Shown here piece after piece: positions 18,231-27,753 of a stretch of 32,000 nt of DNA (the stretch's first letter is position 1; each line of letters starts with the position of its first letter). The stretch is from Wigglesworthia glossinidia endosymbiont of Glossina brevipalpis. GTDB lineage: Bacteria; Pseudomonadota; Gammaproteobacteria; Enterobacterales; Enterobacteriaceae. Made by a program: the position numbers and the translations under genes. The notes beneath the pieces were generated by a model. The model saw only the letters and a program-made list of their open reading frames with translations, did no database searches and was not told where the DNA came from. The stretch is taken from assembly GCA_000008885.1 (NCBI GenBank), contig BA000021.3:60001-92000 (forward strand), read 5' to 3'.

Positions 18231-19538
18231 TTATACTTTATTTTTTAAAATTTTAAAAACTTTATTTGCAGAATCAATTGTTTTTTCTAAGTCTTTCTTT
18301 TTATGCATTAAAGTAATGAAATTTGATTCAAATAAAGAAGGAGAAAAAAGTATTCCTAATTTTTTAATTTCATTAAAAAATAATATAAATTTTTTATAAT
18401 TGCATGAAGAAACGTCTTTGTAACATTTTATTTTATCTAAATTAGTAAAAAAAATACTAAACATGCTTCCTAAAGAATTTATTACTACAGGTATTTTATT
18501 ATCACAAGCAGATGATCTTAGTTCATTTACTAAATATTCTGTTTTTTTATTTAATTTATTATATAAATCCGGTGATTTTAATAATTTTAAACAAGCGTAT
18601 CCTGAAATCATAGATATTGGATTCCCGGAAAAAGTACCTGCTTGATAAACTGAACCAGAAGGAGAAACATGATTCATAATTCTTTTTTTACCTCCAAACG
18701 CTCCTATCGGAAGACCTCCTCCGATAATTTTGCCAAGACATGTAATATCTGGATATATATTATAATAAGATTGAGCTCCTCCTAAAGATATTCTAAATCC
18801 AGTTATTATTTCATCCATTATCAATAATGAATTAAATTTATTACATAACATTCTTAGTTTATATAAGAAATTTTTTTCTGGAAGAACACAACCCATATTT
18901 CCAGCTATTGGCTCTACAATAATACATGCAATTTTATTTGGATAAAGGTCAAATATTTTTTCTATTGATTCATAATCATTATATGGACAAATTAAAGTAT
19001 CTTTTAATATATTTTTTGGTATTCCGCTAGAAATTGGATTGCTAGAAAATAAATCATATGGGTCTAAATTAGAATTTGCTAATAAAAAATCTGCGTGCCC
19101 ATGGTAGCATCCATCAAATTTTATTATTTTATTTTTTTTAGTATATGAACGAGCTAATCTTATAGCACTCATGGTAGCTTCTGTTCCTGAATTTACCATT
19201 CTTATCATTTCAATAGATGGAATATATTTTGATATTAATCTTGCTATTTTTATTTCTATTTCAGTTAATAATCCAAAATTTAATCCTTTTTTGGAATATT
19301 CTATTATTTTAGATGTAATATAATAATTATTATGCCCTAATATAGATGCTCCCCAAGAACATATATAATCTATGTACTTGTTGTTATCCACGTCAAATAT
19401 ATAAGGTCCTTTTGATCTTTTAGCTATTACAGGTATTTCTTTCACAAAATAAAAAGAACGTGCTGGAGAGTTTACTCCTCCTGGAATAATTTTTTTTGCT
19501 TCAACATATAATTTATTTGTGATACTATTTTTAATCAT
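18231..19538 (-). CDS. hemL: Glutamate-1-semialdehyde 2,1-aminomutase HemL
   Basis: A 435 aa class-III aminotransferase. The PLP-lysine context CLGKIIGGGLPIGAFGG matches E. coli HemL, and the N-terminus has PGGVNSPAR. Confidence 0.95.
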   Translation of the reverse strand: MIKNSITNKLYVEAKKIIPGGVNSPARSFYFVKEIPVIAKRSKGPYIFDVDNNKYIDYICSWGASILGHNNYYITSKIIEYSKKGLNFGLLTEIEIKIARLISKYIPSIEMIRMVNSGTEATMSAIRLARSYTKKNKIIKFDGCYHGHADFLLANSNLDPYDLFSSNPISSGIPKNILKDTLICPYNDYESIEKIFDLYPNKIACIIVEPIAGNMGCVLPEKNFLYKLRMLCNKFNSLLIMDEIITGFRISLGGAQSYYNIYPDITCLGKIIGGGLPIGAFGGKKRIMNHVSPSGSVYQAGTFSGNPISMISGYACLKLLKSPDLYNKLNKKTEYLVNELRSSACDNKIPVVINSLGSMFSIFFTNLDKIKCYKDVSSCNYKKFILFFNEIKKLGILFSPSLFESNFITLMHKKKDLEKTIDSANKVFKILKNKV

Positions 19539-19687
19539 ATTGTTATTTATATTTCATTAAAAATTTTTATTTTATTTATATAATTTTTTAAAATAAAAGT
19601 AAATTTTTTTAAAAACATTTTATCAAAATTACAAGTTTTATTAAAAAAAATATTAATTTAATTGTAAAATATTTAATATAAAGTTAA

Positions 19688-20032
19688 ATGGAAAATAATA
19701 AATTATTTAATTTAAAATTAACAGATTTAGCAAAAAATAAAATAAAAAACCTGCTAAAAGAAGAGAAAAATAAAAATAAAAAATTCAGAATATATATTTC
19801 AGGAGGAGGATGCAACGGATTTCAGTACAATTTTATATTAGATGAAAAAATAAATAAAGAAGATCATTTGATTTTATTTTTAGACGTAGAAATTGTAATT
19901 GATTCAATTAGCTTGCAATATTTAATAGGAGGAGTGGTTGATTATAAAGAAGAATTATTAGAATCTTGTTTTTTTGTGATCAATCCTAATGCAAAAACTA
20001 CATGTAGCTGTGGTACATCATTTAGTATATAA
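19688..20032 (+). CDS. erpA: Iron-sulfur cluster insertion protein ErpA (A-type carrier)
   Basis: A 114 aa HesB/IscA-family protein with GGGCNGFQY and the C-terminal CSCGTSF cysteines. It neighbours hemL as in E. coli, where the order is hemL-clcA-erpA. Confidence 0.9.
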   Translation: MENNKLFNLKLTDLAKNKIKNLLKEEKNKNKKFRIYISGGGCNGFQYNFILDEKINKEDHLILFLDVEIVIDSISLQYLIGGVVDYKEELLESCFFVINPNAKTTCSCGTSFSI

Positions 20033-20077
20033 ATAAATTTAATTTATTAAAAGCAAATATTAAAAAATTATTAACAA

Positions 20078-21145
20078 TTATTTGCAATAAGCTTTTTGTA
20101 AATTATATACCTTAAATAAATATCTTCGAGATTCTATAGATGGATGTTTTTTATATATTAATCTATAAACTTCTTCCGGAGATAAATTATTTATAATATG
20201 AAAAGCTTTTATTTGATTACTTGAAAAAGTAGTTAACATTGCAGATACACCTCCATGGTAAGAGGCTATCATCGCATATCTTTTTGAGATAGGATTCAAA
20301 ATAGAGCTTAAGTAATTATCTCTAAGTAAAGATAAATATGCAGTTCCAATATCTATGTTTTTTTCTGGGTTTAATAAAGCATTTTTACTAGGATATCCAA
20401 GTTTTCCTCTCATTTTAAAAACATCTTTTCCTGCGGTATGTTGCACTATTTGCATTAATCCTAAAGCGTTAGAATTACTTATAGCATGCGGATTAAAATT
20501 AGATTCTGCTTCTATTATAGCTAAAATTAAAGATTTATCTACATTATATCTTTTTGAAGATTTATAAATAAAATTTAAATATTTATTTGCTCTTTTGTCT
20601 GAACGATTAAATTTCAATGGTATTGAAACAGACCAAATTTGTTTTTTATTATTTTTATATGTTTTTAGATTTGTTTTCAATAGATAATTTGCAAACTTAT
20701 TTGCACGCCATTTATGTCTAATATAGACTCCATAATTATCTACTACTTGTCCATACAATAAAGGTTCTTTTCTTTGTAAAATATTATATTTATTGTTCTG
20801 ATCGAAATCAGAAAAATCATTATTTAATAACAAAGCAATTATAATTGCTTGACGTAAGTAATTTTTTGGATCTTTTTTGAAATCAGTTTCAATAACTATT
20901 TTTTTAAAAGTAAAATCAATATTAATTAATGTAATATTTTTATTATTATAATTATAAACTTTAGAGTGTTCAATCATAAATATTTTATTATCATTCCAAG
21001 TGTTTTCAGAATCTGAAATAATATTTTTCACAATTATGTTTAAGCTATTTTTATTTATTAGTTTATTTTGATTTATATTATTATGACTATTAGAACATGA
21101 TGTTTGTAAAAAAATAACAATAAATAAAAAAGATATTTTTTTCAT
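20078..21145 (-). CDS. mltC: Membrane-bound lytic murein transglycosylase C (lipoprotein)
   Basis: A 355 aa protein with a signal peptide ending in a lipobox-like LQTSC. It is colinear with E. coli MltC (EPLLYGQVVDN, LILAIIEAESNFNPHAISNSNALGLMQIVQHTAGKDVF, ESRRYLFKV), and the catalytic Glu in the EAES motif is present. Confidence 0.9.
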   Translation of the reverse strand: MKKISFLFIVIFLQTSCSNSHNNINQNKLINKNSLNIIVKNIISDSENTWNDNKIFMIEHSKVYNYNNKNITLINIDFTFKKIVIETDFKKDPKNYLRQAIIIALLLNNDFSDFDQNNKYNILQRKEPLLYGQVVDNYGVYIRHKWRANKFANYLLKTNLKTYKNNKKQIWSVSIPLKFNRSDKRANKYLNFIYKSSKRYNVDKSLILAIIEAESNFNPHAISNSNALGLMQIVQHTAGKDVFKMRGKLGYPSKNALLNPEKNIDIGTAYLSLLRDNYLSSILNPISKRYAMIASYHGGVSAMLTTFSSNQIKAFHIINNLSPEEVYRLIYKKHPSIESRRYLFKVYNLQKAYCK

Positions 21146-21229
21146 AAAAACTTTAAATAAAATAAAATATTTATATTTTAAAATGTGAAATATGATATAT
21201 TATTATAATAAATTAAATAATTGCTATTT

Positions 21230-21466
21230 TTATTTATTTTTAAATAAAAAATTAATCATTTCAATTTCTATTGTTTTTCTATCTTTTTTATTTAACATAT
21301 TTAATTGTTTTTCGTTAATTAATATTGTTTGATGGTTTTTCCAAATTTCCCAAGCTTTTTTAGAAATATTTTTATAAATTTTTTTACCTATACTTCCTGG
21401 ATATGGAGGAAAATCTAATCTTTCATGAAAATTTTTCATAAAATGACAAAAAATATTTCTTTTCAT
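21230..21466 (-). CDS. yggX: Fe(2+)-trafficking / oxidative-damage protection protein YggX
   Basis: A 78 aa protein colinear with E. coli YggX (IFC.F...YPG..GK.IY..ISK.AW..W...QT.LINEK.LNM). It is immediately upstream of mltC as in E. coli. Confidence 0.9.
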   Translation of the reverse strand: MKRNIFCHFMKNFHERLDFPPYPGSIGKKIYKNISKKAWEIWKNHQTILINEKQLNMLNKKDRKTIEIEMINFLFKNK

Positions 21467-22130
21467 AATTTACCTTTAATGTAAAAATTTAATTATTTAT
21501 AAATATAAATTCATTTAATTTTTTAAAATCTTTTGTAAAAATAAAAATATTATATAAAATAATATTTTTACAAATTATCTTTGATTAAATTTTATTTTTA
21601 AATTTATTAAAAATGTTTATATTTTTAAATATGATTCAAAAAATCATATTATTTGTAATTTTTTTAATTAAAGATAATTTTAACATTAAAAATTAATAAT
21701 ATAAATTTTATATATTAAGATAATAATATAAATTTAATATTTATTAAATATAAAAATAAATTAAAAAATAAAATTTTTATAAAATTTAATTTATTTTTTA
21801 TTTTTATATTTAATTTAAAAAAATTTTTATAATTTATAAAATTATAAATATTCATTTAATAAATAATTTAATATTTAATGCATAAATATAAATATAATTT
21901 ATATTTTAAAATTTTTATATTTTATATTATTTATTTTTAATATATTTTTATATATCAACAAATATTATATTTAATAAATAATTTTATATTAAAAAATAAA
22001 TTTTATTTTATTATCATTTATTGATAATAATATTTATTGTTTTAAAATATAAATATAAGATTAGAATTACTTATAATTTGACTTGTTAAAATTAAATTGC
22101 TCATAATTTGATTTTTAAAAAAATTTTTAA
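21467..22130. other. 664-bp noncoding, almost G/C-free spacer; probable deletion scar
   Basis: There is no ORF of 60 aa or more on either strand, and no tRNA-like G/C-rich patch. The spacer lies where E. coli carries yggM-ansB-yggN-yggL-trmB-mutY, between hemW and yggX. Confidence 0.6.
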
Positions 22131-23269
22131 TTAATTTATACATATAAAAAATAAAACATTCATAAATATTTCTATTAAATCATCAAAATAAAATCTTCCG
22201 TTTTTTGTAACTTTCCAATACTTTTTATTTTCTTTAATGTATTTTTTTTTTATAGCTAAATTTATATATGGTTTTATGTTTTTTAAATTTACTTTTGTTT
22301 TTTCTTTAAACAAAGTTTTAGAAATAGGTTGATTTAGTCTAAAATAATGCATAAAAAAATCTAAAATTAAATCTTGTTTGTTGTAAATATAATATTTTTT
22401 AATATAATTGTTTTTTAAATAATCATTTAAATGATAATATTTTTCTGTTCTTATTACTTTTTTTTTAAAGTAAATTTTCCATGCGATCCACATCCAATTC
22501 CAAAATAATCACCAAATTGAAAATAATTTAAATTATGCAAACATTCAAATCCAGGAAGTGCATATGAGCATATTTCGTACTGATGAAAACCAAAAAATTT
22601 AAATAAGTTTTGAATTTCATTATAAATTTTTTTTATTTTTGTTTTTTTTTCAACCATTTTTTTATTTTTAAATATAAAATTACAGTTATGTTGGTAACAA
22701 GTTTGATGAGGGACTTTTAATAAAAAAATTTTTTCAATGTTATGTAATATTTCATCATTTGTTTGATATTCATAGAAAAAGGGTAAATCTACATTTATAT
22801 TTTTTATATTGACTCTTAAACATATTGAAACTATTTTAGATATTTCATTTATATAGTTATTTATGCTTTTACTTATTGAAGTTTTTTTACAAAAAATATT
22901 TTTTTCAATAGAAATTCTATTTATACCGATTTTTTTATATAAAAAAATTTTTTTTTCTAAATCTAATTTAGTATTAATTTCTATTGTAAATTCCATATTT
23001 TCTTTAAAATTTAACTTGTTTTTTATTCCAAAAAACAATGTTTTTATATTATTTTCACTTATAACATTGACATTTCCTCCTATAAATAAAGTATTAATTT
23101 TTTTATTTTTAGAAAAATTTTTATCTATTTCTAAATCATTCAACGTATTTTTTATATAAAATGATACTAATTTTTCAAATTCGCAAGGAAGCATGTTTTT
23201 AAAAAATTTTTTTTGAAATATCCATGGAATATTAATATATAAACTAGTTCTAGAATTAATACTTTTCAT
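22131..23269 (-). pseudogene. hemW: hemW (yggW) remnant: HemN-like heme chaperone split by a frameshift and lacking the radical-SAM Cys triad
   Basis: Two overlapping ORFs (23269-22454 and 22493-22131) together align end to end with E. coli HemW. Shared segments include LYI.IPW, GINRISI, HNLNYFQFGDYFGIGCGSHGK and the C-terminal FFM..FRL / WKVTKNGRFYFDDLIE. The frames switch at an A9 run (plus-strand T9, 22458-22466). E. coli CVQKCPYC is replaced by IFQKKFFK. Confidence 0.75.
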
Positions 23270-23855
23270 TTTTCAAAAATTTTATCATTTTTTTCATAGC
23301 TATTCCTCTATGTGATATTTTTATTTTTTCTTCCAAAGTTAATTCAGAGATAGTTTTTTTCTTTTTTGGTAAAAAAAATATCGAATCATATCCAAATCCA
23401 AAATTTATTTTAGAAATTGAATTAGAAATTTTCCCATAAATCGTTCCACTTGAAATTATTGGAATTGGATCATTTGGATTTCTTATATAAATTAATACAC
23501 AATGCATGCAAGCTTGTCTATCCATTTTTTTAAATGGAAGCATTTTTTTTAAAACCATATTTATATTTTTTATGTCATTAGATTGATTTCCTGAAAATCT
23601 TGATGAATACACTCCTGGTTCTCCATTTAATGTTTTTATAATTAATCCAGAATCATCAGACAAAGCTGGAAATCCATATTTAGAAGCATTTCTTGCTTTT
23701 ATTAATGCATTTTCTAAAAAAGTTGATTTATTTTCTTCAATGCTGCATATACCAAGATCTTTTTGAGAAATTGTATTGATATTTAATTCAGATAAGATTT
23801 TTTTAAATTCAATAATTTTATTTTTATTTGAAGTAGCTAAAATAATTTTTTTCAT
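23256..23855 (-). CDS. rdgB: dITP/XTP pyrophosphatase RdgB
   Basis: A 199 aa Ham1-family protein (ATSNKNKIIEF, SDDSGL, GEPGVYSSRF, GFGYDSIF, SHRG). It is upstream of hemW as in E. coli. Confidence 0.9.
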   Translation of the reverse strand: MKKIILATSNKNKIIEFKKILSELNINTISQKDLGICSIEENKSTFLENALIKARNASKYGFPALSDDSGLIIKTLNGEPGVYSSRFSGNQSNDIKNINMVLKKMLPFKKMDRQACMHCVLIYIRNPNDPIPIISSGTIYGKISNSISKINFGFGYDSIFFLPKKKKTISELTLEEKIKISHRGIAMKKMIKFLKNEKY

Positions 23856-23946
23856 ATATATTTAAATGATAACAAACTTATTAAATATAAATTTTATATT
23901 ACATAAAAATTTTATTAATTTTAAAATAAATATAAAATATATTTAA

Positions 23947-24783
23947 TTAAACTTTATCTACATCTATAGATATTTCTTTTGCTCTAGATACAGCTGCTTT
24001 CATAGATATTTCTACAATTTTTCTAAAATTATTTTTTTTAAATGAATTTAATGCCGCTTCAGTTGTTCCTTTCTTTGAAGTTATATGTTTTTTTAAAGTA
24101 TTAAAAGATATTTCAGAAAAATGTTCAGCAAGAACTATTGCACCTTTTGCAGTTTGTAAAATTACCTCTCTAGAGTAAGATTTATTTATACCTATATTTT
24201 CTGCTGTATTCTTCATTGCGTCCATCATAAGAAAAAAATATGCAGTAGCGCTTGAAGATGCAGATATGATATAATTTATTTCTTTTTCTTGAGATAACCA
24301 AAATATTTTTCCTATTCTATTAAATATCTGTTCTATTGTTTTTTCATGTATTGTTCTAATATCTTTTTTTGCATATAATCCTATAACTCCTTCTCTTACA
24401 AGAACTGGTGTATTTGGCATTGCCCTTGCGATTAGCGCTTTTTTGTTGTTTAAATATTTTTTAATACTGTTAATATTTATTCCTGCTGCAACGGATATAA
24501 TTAATTTATTTTCTATATTTGTTAAATTTTTTATTTCTTCACAAACTATAGGTATTATATTAGGTTTTACAGCTAAAACTATAATTTCCCCTATGTTTGA
24601 TCCAATTAAATTTTCTTTAAAATTTTTTACTAAGTATCTTTCTGATATAGCAGATCTGCTTTTTTCATCTGGGGAACACACAAAAATACAGTCAGATGGA
24701 TATTTGCTATTTATTAATCCTATTATCATAGATTCTGCTATTTTTCCTGAACCAATAAAAGTTATTTTTTTAAAAATTTTCAT
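23947..24783 (-). CDS. proC: Pyrroline-5-carboxylate reductase ProC
   Basis: The Rossmann motif ITFIGSGKIAE, plus AVKP, ARAMPNTP and SKKGTTEAAL, match ProC. I prefer the ATG at 24783, which has an AAGGA about 9 nt upstream, does not overlap yggS and aligns with the E. coli N-terminus. The track's ATG at 24822 adds 13 residues. Confidence 0.9.
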   Translation of the reverse strand: MKIFKKITFIGSGKIAESMIIGLINSKYPSDCIFVCSPDEKSRSAISERYLVKNFKENLIGSNIGEIIVLAVKPNIIPIVCEEIKNLTNIENKLIISVAAGININSIKKYLNNKKALIARAMPNTPVLVREGVIGLYAKKDIRTIHEKTIEQIFNRIGKIFWLSQEKEINYIISASSSATAYFFLMMDAMKNTAENIGINKSYSREVILQTAKGAIVLAEHFSEISFNTLKKHITSKKGTTEAALNSFKKNNFRKIVEISMKAAVSRAKEISIDVDKV

Positions 24784-24805
24784 TATATTTTCCTTTTTTG
24801 AAAAA

Positions 24806-25507
24806 TTATTTTTTATTTTCAAAAATTCCTTTTCCTATTCTTAATAAAGTACTTCCTATTTTAATTGCATGATCTATATCACTAGTTGTTCCAAAAGATA
24901 ATACGTTAAAGTTAGAATTCTTATTTTTTAATGTATTAAATTTATCAATTATGATGTTAAAATTATATATTTTTTTGTTTAAATCATCAGTTATGATCGG
25001 AAATATCATAATCCCCTTTAGCATAAGATTATTGCATTTTTGAAAAATAAATTCGTATATATTGTCAAATTCTTTCAAAGAAGATCCGTATCTATTTTTT
25101 TCTTCGTTTATATTAATTTGAATTAATACTTTTAAAGGTTTTTTTTTTATTTTACGATAATTATTTAATTTTTTAGAAATTTTAATATTATTTATAGTAT
25201 GACACCAATCAAAATATTTTGCTATTAATTTAGATTTATTAGATTGTATTTGTCCTATCATATGCCAAATTAAATTATTTTTTGGATGGTTTTTTTTAAA
25301 CCAAACTATTTTTTTTATTGCTTCTTGAACGTAATTTTCTCCAAAATTATTTTGATTGTATTCATTTGCAAATTTTATTTCATACACAGATCTAGATTTA
25401 CTTGCTAACAATAAATTTATATTTTTTGGATTTCTATTATAATATTTAGACAAATTATATATTTTATTTTGTATTTTTTCTAAATTTTTTTTAATCAAAA
25501 GTTTCAT
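24806..25507 (-). CDS. yggS: PLP homeostasis protein YggS (COG0325)
   Basis: A 233 aa protein colinear with E. coli YggS (LLASKS with the PLP lysine, FGENYVQEA, WHMIGQIQSNKSKLIAKYFDWCHTI, LSFGTTSD, GST.LRIG). Confidence 0.9.
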   Translation of the reverse strand: MKLLIKKNLEKIQNKIYNLSKYYNRNPKNINLLLASKSRSVYEIKFANEYNQNNFGENYVQEAIKKIVWFKKNHPKNNLIWHMIGQIQSNKSKLIAKYFDWCHTINNIKISKKLNNYRKIKKKPLKVLIQININEEKNRYGSSLKEFDNIYEFIFQKCNNLMLKGIMIFPIITDDLNKKIYNFNIIIDKFNTLKNKNSNFNVLSFGTTSDIDHAIKIGSTLLRIGKGIFENKK

Positions 25508-25826
25508 AATTTGTAAAAATTTTTATATTTAATAAATAAATTTAACATATATGTTATAATAAAAATATTTTATTTTGATTTTTTATTTAATGAACTTTAA
25601 AGTTTTATATTATATTTGTATAAATTTTTATACTTAAATAGCATTTAATAATAAAAATTTTTTTATTTAATAATAAAAATTAATTATTTATTGTTTTTTA
25701 ATAATTAAAAACATATTTAATATTTTATTTTTACATTTATTTTAAATAAATACAATATTATATTGTTGTATTATTTATAATAAAATTTTTAAAAATATTA
25801 ATATAGATTTTTATATCAGGAATTAT

Positions 25827-27737
25827 ATGCCAATTATAAATTTTAATAACAAAGAAATTTTGTTTAATTATCCAATTTCAATAATAGAAATTATAAAAAA
25901 ATTTGATAAAAATTTATCTGAAAATTGTATAGCCGCAAAAATTAATGGAAAATTATTAGATGTATCAGAAATAATAAATTATGATGGATCTCTAGAACTA
26001 GTAAAACCTGAAAATAAAATTGGAATAAGAATAATTAGATGTTCTTGTTCTCATTTATTAGGATACGCCATAAAACAGTTATGGCCAACTTCTAAAATGG
26101 CTACAAATAATATAACAGAAAATGGATTTTATTATGATATAGACTTAAATCATAAATTATCAAAAAATGATTTAAAATTAATAGAAAAAAAAATGCATCA
26201 ATTATTAAAAATAAACTTCAAAATAAATAAAATTAATGTAACTTGGGGTAAAGCATATGAAATGTTTAAAAATTTAAACGAAATTTATAAAATAAAAATT
26301 TTAGAAGACAATATTTCTAAAAATTCAAGTTTATATATTTATCATCAAGAACAATATGTTGATTTATGTACTTTGCCTCATGTGCCAAATATAAAATTTT
26401 GCATGTTTTTTAAAATACAAAAAATTTCAGGAGCATACTGGAAGGGAAATAAAAAAAATAAAATGCTTCAAAGAATATATGTAACATCATGGGATTCTAA
26501 TAGTAAATTAAAAAATTTTATTAAAAATATAAAAGAATTAGAACATAGAGATCATAGAAAAATAGGTAAAAAACTGGATTTATTTCATATATACGAAAAT
26601 TCTCCAGGAATGGTTTTTTGGCATCATAATGGATGGATAATATTTAGAATTTTAGAAAAATTTATAAGAAAAAAATTGAAAAAGTTTTATTATCAAGAAG
26701 TTAAAACTCCATGCATAATAGATCATGATTTATGGAGATTAAGTGGGCATTTAGATAATTACAAAAATTATATGTTTCATACTAATTCAGAAAATAAACA
26801 ATATTGTATTAAACCTATGAATTGTCCTGCTCATGTTTTAATTTTTAAAAAAAAAATAAGATCTTACAAAGAATTACCTTTCAGAATATCTGAATTCGGA
26901 AGTTGCCATAGAAATGAACCGTCTGGATCATTACATGGATTAATGAGAATTAGGAATTTTACTCAAGATGACGCTCACATATTTTGCATGCATGATCAAA
27001 TACTTTCAGAAGTAAGTAGCTGTATCAAAATGATATACGAAGTATATTCATGTTTTGGTTTTAAAAAAATATTAGTTAAATTATCAACTAGACCAGAAAA
27101 TAGAATAGGAAGCGATGAAATATGGGATTTTGCAGAAAAACAATTAGAGCTTTCTTTAAAAAAGAACAAAATTTTATTCAAAATTGATTTAAATGAAGGG
27201 GCATTTTATGGCCCAAAAATTGAATTTACTTTATTAGATTCTTTAAATAGAAAATGGCAGTGTGGAACTATACAGCTTGATTTATGTCTTGCAAATAAAT
27301 TGCAAGCTTATTATATTAATAATAAAAATGAAAAAACAAACCCAGTAATAATACATAGAGCGATTTTAGGATCAATGGAAAGATTTATAGGTATTATTAC
27401 AGAAGAATTTTCAGGAAAATATCCTTTATGGATTTCTCCAATCCAAGTTGGAGTAATAAATGTTTCAGTTGATCAAATAGATTACGTTAAAAAAATAACT
27501 AAATTTTTTTTACAGAAAAAAATTCGTATAATTTCAGATTTAAGAAATGAAAAAATAAGTTTTAAAATAAGAGAATATACTTTACGTTTTATCCCATATA
27601 TAATAATCTGTGGAAAAAAAGAAATGGAATCTAATTCGATATCAGTAAGAAATAAATACGGAAAACAATTAAAATACTCTAGCTTAGAAAAATTCTATAA
27701 TGTTATATACGAAGAAATTAAACAAAAAAAAACTTAA
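25827..27737 (+). CDS. thrS: Threonine--tRNA ligase
   Basis: A 636 aa protein colinear with E. coli ThrRS. The zinc ligands are present ([24 protein letters not shown]) and the class II motifs are present. The editing-domain motifs are mostly conserved except H73C. Confidence 0.97.
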
Positions 27738-27753
27738 TACAAAGGAGATAAAT

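Noticed and set aside
20033-20077. An AATAAATT-T-AATTTATT palindrome between erpA and mltC, considered as a possible terminator.
   Set aside because: The stem is entirely A/T with a 1-nt centre, so it is sterically and energetically implausible as an intrinsic terminator.
21532-21574. A perfect 12-bp inverted repeat, TTTGTAAAAATA ... TATTTTTACAAA, with a 19-nt spacer upstream of yggX. I considered it as a possible operator or terminator.
   Set aside because: The repeat is almost entirely A/T. My back-of-envelope expectation for a 12-bp inverted repeat in 660 bp of two-letter sequence, over plausible spacings, is several by chance. The hairpin would also be very weak.
21694-21735. A 15-bp direct repeat, TAATAATATAAATTT, at 21694-21708 and 21721-21735 in the AT-rich spacer.
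   Set aside because: It is short, entirely A/T, and expected by chance at this composition. Flanking bases do not extend the match.
27700-27753. An ATG at 27700 as the infC start, as given in the ORF track.
   Set aside because: It lies inside thrS, adds 18 residues with no counterpart in IF3, and has no Shine-Dalgarno. The ATT at 27754 has a strong AAGGAG upstream and aligns with the E. coli N-terminus.
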